Both the position numbers and the translations under genes were made by a program. The notes beneath the pieces are model-generated. The model was not told the DNA's origin, did no database searches, and was given only the letters and a program-made list of their open reading frames with translations. Shown one piece after another: positions 8,640 through 19,085 of a stretch of 64,000 nt of DNA. This stretch comes from an uncultured Verrucomicrobiae bacterium (lineage in GTDB: Bacteria; Verrucomicrobiota; Verrucomicrobiia; Chthoniobacterales; UBA10450), in NCBI GenBank assembly GCA_963735805.1, contig CAVTMK010000002.1:32001-96000 (forward strand), given 5' to 3'. The number at the start of each line of letters is the position of its first letter. Position 1 is the stretch's first letter.

Positions 8640-9463
8640 CAAAAGCCTTAGTCACGGCTGATTCCGGGATCACCTCGACGCGGCATGCTGTCGAACTGCG
8701 CGACGTGAGCATGAGCTTCGGCGGCAAACAGGTTCTCGATGACGTTTCTCTGGTCGTCGATCCCCAGGAGCGCCTCGTCATCATCGGGCAAAGCGGCGCG
8801 GGCAAAACGACGATTCTGCGGTTGATCCTGGGCATTCTGAAACCCAACAAAGGCTCGGTCTTGTTCAAGCAACACAAGGTTTCACAAATGAACGATCACG
8901 AGCTGGAAGCAATTCGTATGCGGATGGGAATGGTATATCAAGATGCGGCGTTGCTAAGCTCGCTCACGGTGCGCGAAAACCTTGCTCTTCCTTTGCAGGA
9001 GTTGACGAACAAAACGCCCGTCGAAATCGACAAGCTAGTCGATGAAAAATTAGAAATGGTCGAGCTGACTGGTGAAGGCAAAGCGATGCCGTTCGAATTA
9101 AGTGGCGGCATGCGCAAACGCGTCGGGCTTGCTCGTGCACTGATGATAGAGCCAGAATTAATTCTGTTCGACGAACCGACCCAGGGGTTGGATCCAGTCA
9201 TAGCCGCATTGATCGATGAGCTGATAATCGATCTTACCAAAAGAACGAAAACGACGTCCATCATCGTTACCCATCTAATGGACAGCGCGTTTCGCGTGGC
9301 CACCCGCATGGCCATGTTGCACCGTGGAAAAATCATCGAACAAGGAACACCCCAGCACATGCGGCAATCAAAGAATCCGGTGGTCGTACAGTTCTTAAGC
9401 GGTAGCACCGAGGGCCCAATCTTTGAGCGCAGCAAATATCACATGCTCTCACCGGCCGATTAA
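8636..9463 (+). CDS. ABC transporter ATP-binding protein, MlaF/Mkl-like
   Basis: Walker A GQSGAGKT, signature LSGGMRKRVGLARAL, Walker B ILFDEP, MGMVYQDAALLSSLTV, C-terminal NPVVVQFL; ATG 8636 overlaps the USP stop. Confidence 0.9.
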   Translation: MTKALVTADSGITSTRHAVELRDVSMSFGGKQVLDDVSLVVDPQERLVIIGQSGAGKTTILRLILGILKPNKGSVLFKQHKVSQMNDHELEAIRMRMGMVYQDAALLSSLTVRENLALPLQELTNKTPVEIDKLVDEKLEMVELTGEGKAMPFELSGGMRKRVGLARALMIEPELILFDEPTQGLDPVIAALIDELIIDLTKRTKTTSIIVTHLMDSAFRVATRMAMLHRGKIIEQGTPQHMRQSKNPVVVQFLSGSTEGPIFERSKYHMLSPAD

Positions 9464-9715
9464 CATCGAACAAAAACGCTTACCTTCATCCATATCGAAG
9501 ACCAAGAACTCGGCGCGGGACTCTCCTGTGGAACTGCTTTCCGCCCCGCGCTAGGCCTCGTCGCGCCCGCAACGCACTCTACAAATCCAGGCGCACGGAT
9601 CGCCGCAGATATAACCAGCGCAACAACAAGCGGGAAAGCGCATAAGAGATGTAAGAACGCTCAGGTTGAATTTGACGAAAAACTCGGAATTTAACCTTCT
9701 TTTTCGCCGCCTGGT

Positions 9716-9910
9716 CTACTCCACTTTAGGTTGACCGATGATCTTCAACTGCGACTCTGGTCTTTGGATTCGTTCATGCTTCTGCTCAGGAGGTTCAGTT
9801 GCGATCTCCTTGATTTCCCTGGTAATTGCAACCGATTGAAACGTATCCGCAGTGGAGAGTTTCTTTAAGAGTTCCTGAATCCTTGCAGCCTTCTCGTGTT
9901 CAAGAAACAT
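9716..9910 (-). CDS. Small hypothetical protein
   Basis: 64-aa ORF in an otherwise empty interval with helical, charged composition; no recognisable motif. Confidence 0.35.
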   Translation of the reverse strand: MFLEHEKAARIQELLKKLSTADTFQSVAITREIKEIATEPPEQKHERIQRPESQLKIIGQPKVE

Positions 9911-9991
9911 ACTAACCTTTCGTCAGCGCGGCGCCCAACTGCTCATCAATCTTTGTGAGAATCTGTTCAGATTCTGCGCCGCGCTCGCGCC

Positions 9992-10021
9992 CAAGAAATG
10001 AGCAGCATTTAGCAATTCGCG
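9992..10021 (+). promoter_or_regulatory. Putative activator site (21-bp period), apparently leaderless promoter of USP gene
   Basis: CAAGAAATG at 9992, CAATTCGCG at 10013, CAATAT at 10046, ATG at 10058. Confidence 0.72.
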
Positions 10022-10057
10022 CTGAGCCAGCGCTTTTTGCCGGCGCAATATGGCTCA

Positions 10058-11065
10058 ATGAAAAATGTGTTAGACCCTCCCAGTTCAAAACACTTATCTG
10101 CCAAATCACGGCGGGGCGTTACACGGTCGCGGTTGCTTGGAATTAAGCGCATCCTGGTCCCGATCGATTTTTCGCGCCCATCATTAAAGGCGATTCCCTA
10201 CGCACTTTCGGCCTCGCGGCAATTCAGCGCAGGCGTGCATCTTTTGCACGTAGTTGATACCACTCAGTACCCGCCTCCGACGTTGCTTACGCTTCCGCTG
10301 GTTCCGCAATCAGAATGGAACAGGCGATTGATGAAACGGCTGAAGGCTGTTGCCTTGAAATATCAAAGCAATGGCAATGTCTCCGCACTGGAACTGCGCA
10401 CCGGCACGGCCTGCGAGGAGATTTGCGCGACCGCACGGGAGATGAAGGCGGATCTGATTGTTATCTCGACCCACGGATACACAGGTTACAAGCACATGTT
10501 TCTCGGCAGCACTGCGGAACGGGTTGTCCAACATTCGCCATGCCCGGTTCTTGTCGTACGTGGGAACCTCAGACATTGGAACGGAGCCGTTGACCCGCGC
10601 ACACGCATGGGCTTTCAACTCAGGAGGATTCTTGTGCCAACCGATTTTTCGGAATGTTCACGCGCCGGATTTGATTACGGTCTTCAACTGGCACGCGATT
10701 TCAAGGCAGAGTTGCGCCTGGTCCACGTAATTAATCCGCACGCCTATCCGTTCGGAGACAAGTATGCTGCGCTCGATCCGGCACAGCTCGTGCGCGATGT
10801 GGTGAACGCGGCGCAAAAGCAGATGCGTTCGATGGCAGCAAAAGCCAAGGTCCGATATTCCGCCCGTGTGATTCAAGGTTCGCCGGCAATCCAAATTTGC
10901 AATGCGGCAAACGAAGATGTCGATCTCATTGTCATTTCGACGCATGGCCGCACCGGGTTCGAACATGTCCTCATCGGCAGCGTGACAGAGCGCGTTGTGC
11001 GCCATGCACACTGCCCAGTGCTGGTCATTCCGGCACGGCCAAAATCCAACAAAAACAAAACATGA
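10058..11065 (+). CDS. Universal stress protein, tandem USP domains
   Basis: RILVPIDFS...[20 protein letters not shown] and RILVPTDFS...[20 protein letters not shown]; start taken at ATG 10058. Confidence 0.95.
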   Translation: MKNVLDPPSSKHLSAKSRRGVTRSRLLGIKRILVPIDFSRPSLKAIPYALSASRQFSAGVHLLHVVDTTQYPPPTLLTLPLVPQSEWNRRLMKRLKAVALKYQSNGNVSALELRTGTACEEICATAREMKADLIVISTHGYTGYKHMFLGSTAERVVQHSPCPVLVVRGNLRHWNGAVDPRTRMGFQLRRILVPTDFSECSRAGFDYGLQLARDFKAELRLVHVINPHAYPFGDKYAALDPAQLVRDVVNAAQKQMRSMAAKAKVRYSARVIQGSPAIQICNAANEDVDLIVISTHGRTGFEHVLIGSVTERVVRHAHCPVLVIPARPKSNKNKT

Positions 11066-11724
11066 AAACACAATTCTTAAACCGATTCGAGGCCGGCCAA
11101 CTTCTGGCGCAAAAGCTCCCAGCTTATGCAAATCGGAACGACGTGCTTGTTCTCGCATTGCCCCGCGGCGGCGTCCCTGTCGCAGCCGAAGTGGCCAAAG
11201 CCTTAAAAGCGCCACTTGATGTGTTCGTTGTACGCAAGCTTGGATTGCCTTACCACCCGGAGCTGGCGATGGGGGCAATCGCCACCGGCGGCGTACGTGT
11301 GTTCAATGGCGATATTGTAAATTCGCTGCAGATACCCGACCAAGTCATTGACGCAGTGAGCGCGCAGGAGTACGCCGAGCTTCAGCGAAGGGAGAAAGCT
11401 TATCGTGACGATCTTCCACCACCGGAGGTTGAAGGCAAAACCGTCATCCTTGTCGATGACGGCATCGCGACTGGCTCAACCATGTTTGCTGCCATTGCGG
11501 CCCTACGACAGTTGAATGCCGCGTCTATCGTCGTTGCAACGCCTGTTGTCGCACCAACGACGTATCAAGAAATCCAGCGGGCAGCCGATGAAGTTGCGGC
11601 GGTAATGACCCCGGAAGACTTCTACGCGGTCGGCCAATGGTACCAGGATTTCTCGCAGACCGGCGACGATGAGGTTCGCGACCTTCTTGCGCAGGCCGCT
11701 CAGCGACAGCCTGTAGGAGCCTGA
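11062..11724 (+). CDS. Phosphoribosyltransferase (Rv0571c/Rv2030c N-terminal-like)
   Basis: [41 protein letters not shown] loop [26 protein letters not shown]. Confidence 0.92.
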   Translation: MKTQFLNRFEAGQLLAQKLPAYANRNDVLVLALPRGGVPVAAEVAKALKAPLDVFVVRKLGLPYHPELAMGAIATGGVRVFNGDIVNSLQIPDQVIDAVSAQEYAELQRREKAYRDDLPPPEVEGKTVILVDDGIATGSTMFAAIAALRQLNAASIVVATPVVAPTTYQEIQRAADEVAAVMTPEDFYAVGQWYQDFSQTGDDEVRDLLAQAAQRQPVGA

Positions 11725-11729
11725 GCAAA

Positions 11730-11759
11730 CAAAAAATGTGCAGTTGTTCCCAAAATTCG
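11730..11759 (+). promoter_or_regulatory. Putative activator site (21-bp period) upstream of USP gene
   Basis: CAAAAAATG at 11730, CAAAATTCG at 11751, CACTGT at 11787. Confidence 0.65.
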
Positions 11760-11851
11760 GCGAGTCTGGTCAATGAGAATCGGCTTCACTGTTCGCACAC
11801 CCAAACACAAACCATAAAAGTGCAAGATGCAATGAAGGTCGATGAAACCCC

Positions 11852-12832
11852 ATGAAAACGCCTACGAAGGAACGCAGCACGACTTCATTGCATCGGTTTG
11901 AGGCGAGAACGCTTTCGGGGTTGCCTCTGCCTGCCGTTGAAATAAAGACAATCCTTGTCCCTTTGGATTTTTCGCCGGCGTCGATCGAGGCGTTAAGTTA
12001 CGCCGTTCCGCTGGCGAAGAAATTTGGTGCTGTAGTACATCTGGTTCACGTCAGCTACAAAAAGGACGCTTCGGAGGTATTCCGGCTAGACGAGCTCACA
12101 TTCGAGACTGTCGAGTGGATTGATTTTTTACGGGACCGGCTGTCACTAGTTCACCAGAAACACCTCCCTCCTTTTTGGCCGAAGAACGATCATGTGCGTG
12201 CTGGAGAACCGTATGAGCAGATCTGCGAGCTTGCGCGCGAAATCGATGCCGGCCTCATCGTCATTGGGACACGCGGGCACACGGGCTTCAATCGCATGCT
12301 TCTTGGCAGCACCGCAGAGCGAGTGATTCGCTTCGCGTCGCGTCCTGTCCTCGTGGTCCGAAGACACGAGCGCAAGCAACCAAAAGAATTCATGCTCCGC
12401 AAAATTCTGGCACCGGTCGATTTCTCTGAATGCAGCATGTTCGGCGCGCTGGACGCGGCATTTTTCGCAAAAACGTTCGACGCAAAACTTTTGTTATTAC
12501 ACGTGTTCGCCGGCGTAATGCCAGTAGAGACTGGCAAGGCCAGCAAAGCCAAAAATGACGCGATCGATTTGAAGAATGCCCAGCTCGACATGGAAGCGTT
12601 CACGCAACTCGATTTCCTGCGCAAAGTGAAACACGCAACGGAAATTCGCGCTGGCTACCCAGTAGACGAAATCTGCCGCGAGGCAGCAAAGTCGGAAGTC
12701 GACCTTGTGGTGATCGCCACGCACGGACGCACCGGATTCAATCGCATGTTCCTCGGCAGTGTCGCAGAGCACGTGGTCCGTTACGCAGAATGTCCAGTGT
12801 TGGTCGTGCCCGGTCATCCGTCCGCTTCGTAA
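11852..12832 (+). CDS. Universal stress protein, tandem USP domains
   Basis: TILVPLDFS...[11 protein letters not shown] and KILAPVDFS...FLGSVAEHVVRYAECPVLVV. Confidence 0.95.
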   Translation: MKTPTKERSTTSLHRFEARTLSGLPLPAVEIKTILVPLDFSPASIEALSYAVPLAKKFGAVVHLVHVSYKKDASEVFRLDELTFETVEWIDFLRDRLSLVHQKHLPPFWPKNDHVRAGEPYEQICELAREIDAGLIVIGTRGHTGFNRMLLGSTAERVIRFASRPVLVVRRHERKQPKEFMLRKILAPVDFSECSMFGALDAAFFAKTFDAKLLLLHVFAGVMPVETGKASKAKNDAIDLKNAQLDMEAFTQLDFLRKVKHATEIRAGYPVDEICREAAKSEVDLVVIATHGRTGFNRMFLGSVAEHVVRYAECPVLVVPGHPSAS

Positions 12833-12842
12833 CAAAAATTGT

Positions 12843-14177
12843 ATGCCAAAATCTCTGGTTGATCTCGTCAGTGAAAAATCGGAAGCCCTGGTTGGTTCGC
12901 CTAACGACTTTGATTCCCTTGTCGATTTAATCGGCGATGCGCGTTTTGTTTTGCTCGGCGAAGCAAGTCACGGGACGCATGAGTTTTATCGAATTCGGGC
13001 ACAAATCTCGAAAGTCCTGATAGCCAGACGCGGTTTTAGTGCCATCGCGGTAGAAGCCGATTGGCCGGACGCATATCGCCTGAACCGATTCGTTCGCGGG
13101 GTAGGGAATGACAGCGACAGCGTGGAGGCACTAGGTGGATTTCGACGCTTCCCACAATGGATGTGGCGAAATGCTGATGTACTCGATTTTGTCGGTTGGC
13201 TCCGCGAACACAATGACGAGCAAGCGTTTGAAGATCGGAAGTGTGGATTCTACGGCCTCGATCTTTACAGTTTGCATGCTTCGATTGAGGCGGTGCTCGC
13301 TTATCTGGACAAGCTCGACCCGGAGACAGCAAAACGCGCGCGAAATTACTACAGTTGTTTCGAGCACTTTGGTAAAGACATCACAACTTACGGATATGCT
13401 GCCGGCTTTCACATGACCCCGTCCTGCGAGGAGGCTGTCGTAGAAAGCCTCGTCGAGCTGCGCCGCAAAGCGATGGATTACCTGCAACGCGACGGCCAGG
13501 TCGCGGCCGATGCATATTTTTGCGCGGAACAAAACGCGCTGGTTGTGCGAAACGCCGAAGAGTATTACCGGAATATGTTTCGGCGCGAAATTTCCTCATG
13601 GAACCTGCGCGATAGCCACATGATGGAGTCGCTCCTTCGCATCGCAATTCATCTGAGCAACCAAAAACCGCCGGCGAAAGTTATCGTTTGGGCGCACAAT
13701 TCACACTTGGGCGACGCGCGCGCGACACAAATGGGCGACCGGGGAGAACTCAATCTCGGCCAGCTGGTACGCGAACATTTTGGAAAGGAAGTCGTTTCCA
13801 TCGGGTTCACTACCTACGACGGCACAGTCACGGCGGCGTCCGACTGGGACGGACCGGCTGAGCGCAAAAATGTGCGTCCGGCGCATCCGGACAGTTATGA
13901 AGCGCTTTTTCATCAGGTTGATGTTCCAAATTTCTTTCTCGACTTCAGAAAAAGTGTTGATGTTACCGCGTTGCTGCGCAATGAACGTCTCGAGCGAGCG
14001 ATTGGTGTCATTTACCGCCCGGATACAGAATTGATCAGTCATTACTTCCATGCACGCTTACCAGATCAATTCGACGCCATCCTGCATTACGATCACACTC
14101 GCGCTGTTGAACCGCTTGAACGGACCGCTGAATGGGAAATGGGTGAAGTTGAAGAAACCTTCCCCAGCGGGCTTTGA
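12843..14177 (+). CDS. Erythromycin esterase family protein (Rv2030c C-terminal-like)
   Basis: VLLGEASHGTHEFY, AVEADWPDA, FPQWMWRN, FYGLDLYS, WAHNSHLGDARAT, LERAIGVIYRP, ETFPSGL. Confidence 0.93.
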   Translation: MPKSLVDLVSEKSEALVGSPNDFDSLVDLIGDARFVLLGEASHGTHEFYRIRAQISKVLIARRGFSAIAVEADWPDAYRLNRFVRGVGNDSDSVEALGGFRRFPQWMWRNADVLDFVGWLREHNDEQAFEDRKCGFYGLDLYSLHASIEAVLAYLDKLDPETAKRARNYYSCFEHFGKDITTYGYAAGFHMTPSCEEAVVESLVELRRKAMDYLQRDGQVAADAYFCAEQNALVVRNAEEYYRNMFRREISSWNLRDSHMMESLLRIAIHLSNQKPPAKVIVWAHNSHLGDARATQMGDRGELNLGQLVREHFGKEVVSIGFTTYDGTVTAASDWDGPAERKNVRPAHPDSYEALFHQVDVPNFFLDFRKSVDVTALLRNERLERAIGVIYRPDTELISHYFHARLPDQFDAILHYDHTRAVEPLERTAEWEMGEVEETFPSGL

Positions 14178-14184
14178 ATTCGTT

Positions 14185-14985
14185 GTGTCTGCGCCGAAGC
14201 TTTGCTTTTTCATTCTGGCCGCTGCTGTCCTCCCTTTATCGGGTCAGACACCTTTCGACCAAAACGTCCAACTCTCGCCGCAAGCCAGGCAGGTCGGTGG
14301 TGTCGCAGTCCCGGTGCCGAAAGAGATCTTCCGTTCCCTGGATCAATTCCGGGACGCGAACTGGCGTGCTGTAAAGCGACCTGAGGTAGCTGGCTGGAAA
14401 TCACACGGTGACCAGGCGCAGATTGCAACGTTGCTCGGAGTCGTAATAGCGGAAGGTTTCATCGCAATGGAAGCGGAAGATTCAGCCGAAGTGAAAGATC
14501 TCGGTCGCACCGTGTTGACGCTAGCGCGAGGGCTTGGCGTGGGAGATCGCGCTCTCCGCCGAAGCCGCAGCATCATAGAATTTGCGGATAAGAACGAATG
14601 GGCGGCTGCACGGCAGGAATGGGACGGTGTGCTTTCAGATATCGAAGGCGGAATGATTGAACTCAAGAGTACACAGCTTGCCCAACTGGTAAGTGTCGGG
14701 GGATGGCTGCGCGGCACCGAGGCGTTATCTGCGCTGGTACGTCAGAAGTATTCATCCCAGGGTTCCGCGCTCATTCAGCAACCGGTTCTTATTGACTATT
14801 TGGAGAAAGAACTGCTCGCAATGAGCAGTGACAGCCAAGCTCGTCCTATAGTTGTGAAGCTGCTCGATGGAATACGCAGAATTCGCAGGCTAACCGAAAA
14901 TGGGCCTTTGCCTGAAGAAACTGTCCGGAAAGTGCACGGCATTTGCAAAGAGCTGGTGCCACTGTCATCACGGCGGCTTGAGTAA
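14185..14985 (+). CDS. Hypothetical secreted protein
   Basis: GTG start just after the esterase stop gives a signal-peptide-like N-terminus (KLCFFILAAAVLPLSG); helical body. Confidence 0.65.
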   Translation: MSAPKLCFFILAAAVLPLSGQTPFDQNVQLSPQARQVGGVAVPVPKEIFRSLDQFRDANWRAVKRPEVAGWKSHGDQAQIATLLGVVIAEGFIAMEAEDSAEVKDLGRTVLTLARGLGVGDRALRRSRSIIEFADKNEWAAARQEWDGVLSDIEGGMIELKSTQLAQLVSVGGWLRGTEALSALVRQKYSSQGSALIQQPVLIDYLEKELLAMSSDSQARPIVVKLLDGIRRIRRLTENGPLPEETVRKVHGICKELVPLSSRRLE

Positions 14986-14994
14986 ATTCTCAAC

Positions 14995-15546
14995 TTGAAG
15001 CCACGTACGAGAGCGCTTCATCGAATCGAAGTTTTTGTCGATCGAATCGAGCAGCTTTTCAATTCGATGGATCCGTCGCCGTTCCACGAAAGGGACCTCG
15101 ACGAGGACGCGGAAGAATTTATCGTCGGTTGGGCGCGGGAATTTCCGCGGCACGACCCAGTTTCGCTAGTTGTCCACGTCAATCAGCTTCCCGGGCACGG
15201 TGACGCGCAACACCTGCTTGAAACCGCTGTGCATAATTATTTTGCCTATCGGGCAAAACTAAACCGACTTGAGTTTCGCTATCTTCTCAAACAAGGCCGG
15301 ACCAGCCTAATGATCGGGTTGGCGTTTCTGGCCGCCTGCATGCTCATGAGCCAGTTGCTGCGTCATCGAGCCGGAACATTACCGATTGTCCTTCGGGAAG
15401 GCCTGATCATCGCCGGTTGGGTGGCCATGTGGCGTCCCATGGAAATATTCCTTTACGAATGGTGGCCGCTCCTGCGCAGGGGCCGCCTCTACCAAAAACT
15501 CAGTCAGATGCGCGTGGAAGTGCGCATACGCAACGCGCAAGACTAA
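14995..15546 (+). CDS. Conserved hypothetical membrane protein
   Basis: QLFNSMDPSPFHERDLD, two C-terminal hydrophobic helices, GWVAMWRPMEIFLYEWWP. Confidence 0.75.
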   Translation: MKPRTRALHRIEVFVDRIEQLFNSMDPSPFHERDLDEDAEEFIVGWAREFPRHDPVSLVVHVNQLPGHGDAQHLLETAVHNYFAYRAKLNRLEFRYLLKQGRTSLMIGLAFLAACMLMSQLLRHRAGTLPIVLREGLIIAGWVAMWRPMEIFLYEWWPLLRRGRLYQKLSQMRVEVRIRNAQD

Positions 15547-15550
15547 GGCT

Positions 15551-18004
15551 GTGGTCGCTGGTCTAACAAGCGCGGAAGCCCAAAGACGTCTGGCCGAATT
15601 TGGGGAAAACCGAATAAGCAGTCAACGACGCACCGGAGCGCTCGCGCTTTTCATCGCCCAATTTAAGAGCCCGATTATTCTGATTTTGATTGGCGCGGTG
15701 ATCGTGTCCCTGTTCTTGCAGGACCGCACGGATGCAACCTTGATTCTCGCAATCGTGCTGGCGAGCGGCGTGCTCGGATTCTGGCAGGAATATGCCGCCA
15801 CCGATGCGGTGGCGAAATTGCGCGCGCTCGTCGAGACAAAGACACGCGTCTTGCGCGATGGCGCTGAAGCGATCGTTCCGCTGGCGGATGTTGTGCCCGG
15901 TGATGTGGCGTTGCTTTCCGCTGGAGCAATCATTCCCGGTGATGGGCGTTTGCTCGAAGTCCGCGAGCTATTCGTCAACGAAGCCGCTCTCACAGGTGAA
16001 ACATTCCCAGCGGAGAAAAGCGTTGCCGGACCCTCAATGGCGGACAATCCCAAAGCGGAAGTTTACCTCGGCACGAATGTGGTGAGCGGTTCGGGCAGAG
16101 CCGAGATCGTCGCTACAGGCAAGAACACGCGATTCGGTAAAATTGCGGAGCGTTTGCAGTTGCGCCGCCCGGAAACAGAGTTCGAACGCGGCGTGAGGCG
16201 GTTCGGCTATCTACTCGCGCAGATCACGCTCTTACTGGTACTCGCGATCTTTGCCTTCAACGTCTTCCTGCACAAACCGGTATTCGATTCGTTTCTGTTC
16301 GCGCTTGCGCTTGCCGTTGGGCTGACGCCACAACTGCTTCCGGCGATCATCACGATCAATCTTTCTCACGGTGCGCGGCGGATGGCACAGCAAAAAGTGA
16401 TTGTGAAACGCCTGGCTGCTATCGAGAACTTCGGAAGCATGAATGTGCTCTGCTCGGACAAGACCGGGACGATCACAGAAGGCATAATAGACGTTCACGC
16501 GGCGGTGGACGCCCGCGGCGCGGAATGCGAAAAAGCGATGTTTTACGCGTACCTCAATGCCTCAAACGAAACCGGGTTCATTAATCCAATCGACGAAGCA
16601 ATTCGTGCGCATCCGGCGTGGGACTGCACTGGCTGGAACAAGCTCGACGAGCTTCCCTACGACTTTGCTCGAAAACGGTTGAGCATTCTTCTCGAAAAAG
16701 AACGGCGGCACGTACTGATTACGAAAGGAGCGCTGCGGCAGATTCTGGAAATCTGCTCGGCCATCGAGCGCAACGACGGTACGCGAGACAAGATCGACAA
16801 TGCGCGCGATGAGATCGACGAACAACTGCGCACGCTCAGTTCGCAGGGATGCCGGGTGCTGGGCATCGCTTATCGCGAATGCGGTTCCGATATTTCCGCC
16901 ATCACTCACGAGACCGAAACCGACATGATTTTCCTGGGACTCGTGGCGTTGTCCGATCCACCAAAAGCCGGTATTGAATCCACTTTAAGCGAACTGCGCG
17001 ATCTCGGCATTCGATTAAAGATCATTACCGGCGACAACGTCTTGATCGCCACGCACCTGGCGCAGCAAGTAGGTCTGAACACGGAAAAAGTCCTCGCCGG
17101 GCGCGACATTCAAATGATGAGCGACGCCGCGCTCATTCCACGGGCGAGCGATGTCGATGTGTTTGCCGAAATCGAGCCTGGCCAGAAGGAGCGATTGATC
17201 CTTGCGCTTAAGAAAGCTGGTCATGTGGTTGGTTATATCGGCGACGGGATCAATGATGTGTCCGCTCTGCACGTTTCGGATGTGAGTTTGTCGGTTGATA
17301 GTGCTGTCGATGTTGCCCGCGAGGCGGCAGATTTTGTCCTCCTCGAACACGATCTTGAGGTTCTGGTCGACGGCGTGCGCGAAGGCCGGCGCACCTTTGC
17401 GAATACGCTCAAGTATGTCTTCATCGCCACGAGTGCGAATTTTGGAAACATGTTCAGCATGGCCGGCGCTTCACTGCTACTGCCATTTTTGCCTTTGTTG
17501 CCGAAGCAAATCCTACTCATCAATTTACTGACCGATCTTCCTGAGATGACCATAGCGAATGACAACGTTGATCCCGAGCTCACCGAGCGTCCGCGGCGCT
17601 GGGATATTCGTTTCATTCGCCGCTTCATGATTGTATTTGGTCTGGTGAGCTCCGTTTTCGATTTCCTGACTTTCGGCGTTTTGATCTGGTTAAACGCAAC
17701 CATTGAACAATTTAGGGCCGGCTGGTTCATCGAATCAATCGCCTCAGCGGCTCTAATTGTCCTCGTCGTGCGCACGCGTCGTCCATTTTTCAGAAGCCGT
17801 CCCAGCAAACTACTCGCGCTAGCCACGCTGGTCGTCGTCGTTGTTGCCGCGCTGATACCGTATCTTCCGTTTGCATCCGTGCTGGGTTTTCAAACCATGC
17901 CAGGGCATTTTTATCCGATCATAACTTTGATCGTTTTCGCATATGTCGCAGCTGCGGAGGCGACCAAGGTTTTTTTCTACCGCAGGATCGCGAACGCGCG
18001 ATGA
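15551..18004 (+). CDS. mgtA: Magnesium-translocating P-type ATPase (MgtA-like)
   Basis: LTGE, ALAVGLTPQLLP, DKTGT, DELPYDF.RKR, TGDN, GDGIND, SANFGNMFS. Confidence 0.85.
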   Translation: MVAGLTSAEAQRRLAEFGENRISSQRRTGALALFIAQFKSPIILILIGAVIVSLFLQDRTDATLILAIVLASGVLGFWQEYAATDAVAKLRALVETKTRVLRDGAEAIVPLADVVPGDVALLSAGAIIPGDGRLLEVRELFVNEAALTGETFPAEKSVAGPSMADNPKAEVYLGTNVVSGSGRAEIVATGKNTRFGKIAERLQLRRPETEFERGVRRFGYLLAQITLLLVLAIFAFNVFLHKPVFDSFLFALALAVGLTPQLLPAIITINLSHGARRMAQQKVIVKRLAAIENFGSMNVLCSDKTGTITEGIIDVHAAVDARGAECEKAMFYAYLNASNETGFINPIDEAIRAHPAWDCTGWNKLDELPYDFARKRLSILLEKERRHVLITKGALRQILEICSAIERNDGTRDKIDNARDEIDEQLRTLSSQGCRVLGIAYRECGSDISAITHETETDMIFLGLVALSDPPKAGIESTLSELRDLGIRLKIITGDNVLIATHLAQQVGLNTEKVLAGRDIQMMSDAALIPRASDVDVFAEIEPGQKERLILALKKAGHVVGYIGDGINDVSALHVSDVSLSVDSAVDVAREAADFVLLEHDLEVLVDGVREGRRTFANTLKYVFIATSANFGNMFSMAGASLLLPFLPLLPKQILLINLLTDLPEMTIANDNVDPELTERPRRWDIRFIRRFMIVFGLVSSVFDFLTFGVLIWLNATIEQFRAGWFIESIASAALIVLVVRTRRPFFRSRPSKLLALATLVVVVVAALIPYLPFASVLGFQTMPGHFYPIITLIVFAYVAAAEATKVFFYRRIANAR

Positions 18005-18023
18005 GGTTATGGCACACCGGCCG

Positions 18024-18053
18024 CAATATTTGCGCAGTTAAAGCCAAGTTGCG
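18024..18053 (+). promoter_or_regulatory. Putative activator site (21-bp period) upstream of small membrane protein operon
   Basis: CAATATTTG at 18024, CAAGTTGCG at 18045, CATGCT at 18079, SD AAGGAGG at 18095. Confidence 0.68.
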
Positions 18054-18105
18054 GTTATCGCCGAAGCCCGTGCCGAACCATGCTTCGACTGACAAAGGAG
18101 GCATT

Positions 18106-18288
18106 ATGAAAAGAGTTGTACTAACAGTTCTCGAACCAGCGAACATGACTTTACTGCTCGCGTTCACAATCGGTTTCGGCATCGCGGTGCACCCCGTGTT
18201 CTTTCTCGCGGCTTTGCTGCTAGCGATCGCCGCGCTTGTCGAAGCAGTTGCTAACGCGACTGGCCAACTGACGCATCGGCATCCGTGA
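18106..18288 (+). CDS. Small two-helix membrane protein
   Basis: Strong SD AAGGAGG before ATG 18106; hydrophobic segments LLLAFTIGFGIAV and VFFLAALLLAIAALV. Confidence 0.7.
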   Translation: MKRVVLTVLEPANMTLLLAFTIGFGIAVHPVFFLAALLLAIAALVEAVANATGQLTHRHP

Positions 18289-19085
18289 GACCAACAGGAG
18301 CGACCACTCAGGCTGCCAAAGACCACGCGGCGCCCTTCCTCGCATCGAGGTGGACAATCGCGTTGATCGCTGCGCTGCTGCTTTCAATCGGCGCATCTTC
18401 GTTTCTGTACGCTATCCACTTGAAATCGGAAACCGGTGAAAAGAGTCGCACCGGCCAGAGCGAAAAAATGGGAAAGCTTGGCGAGGTCGATCGCGGCCCG
18501 CGCGGCAAGAAAGAGATCGCGCTCACGTTCGATGCGGGAGCTGAAGCCGAGTGCTTTGACGATTTGATCACAGCCCTCGCGAACACACATGCCAGCAGCA
18601 CGTTCTTCATAACGGGAAGATTCGTCCATGACCATTCAGACTGCACCGCGGAAATCACAAAGCATGGTCACGAAGTTGGAAATCACACCTGGAGTCATCT
18701 GAATTTGACCCAGCAACCGGATAATGTGGTGCGCGATGAAATCATGCGCGCCGAAGGCGCCATTTTTCAAGCCTCCGGGCAAACTCCGAAACCCAGATTC
18801 CGGGCCCCGTACGGAATTCGGGATGAACGCGTCTTGAAAATTGCGAACAATCTCGGTTACCGATCAATCCAGTGGACCCTCGATAGTCTCGATGGAGTCG
18901 AGCCTGCAAAGAGTTCGCAGTTCCTCATCGATCGGATCACCAGCAAAAGCGACGCCGAACTCGACGGGGCAATCATTTTAATGCACGTAGGCGTTCGCAG
19001 CACTGCGGACGCGTTGCCGGCAATTATCGCCAATTTGCAAGGGCGGGGTTTCCATCTCGTCACGATCTCCGACCTTTTGCAATGA
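18285..19085 (+). CDS. Polysaccharide deacetylase (NodB/CE4) with N-terminal membrane anchor
   Basis: [46 protein letters not shown]. Confidence 0.92.
   Translation: MRPTGATTQAAKDHAAPFLASRWTIALIAALLLSIGASSFLYAIHLKSETGEKSRTGQSEKMGKLGEVDRGPRGKKEIALTFDAGAEAECFDDLITALANTHASSTFFITGRFVHDHSDCTAEITKHGHEVGNHTWSHLNLTQQPDNVVRDEIMRAEGAIFQASGQTPKPRFRAPYGIRDERVLKIANNLGYRSIQWTLDSLDGVEPAKSSQFLIDRITSKSDAELDGAIILMHVGVRSTADALPAIIANLQGRGFHLVTISDLLQ

Noticed and set aside
9551..9643. 30-aa Cys-rich ORF on the minus strand (MRFPACCCAGYICGDPCAWIC...)
   Set aside because: No RBS or promoter evidence and no adjacent modification enzymes; likely chance.
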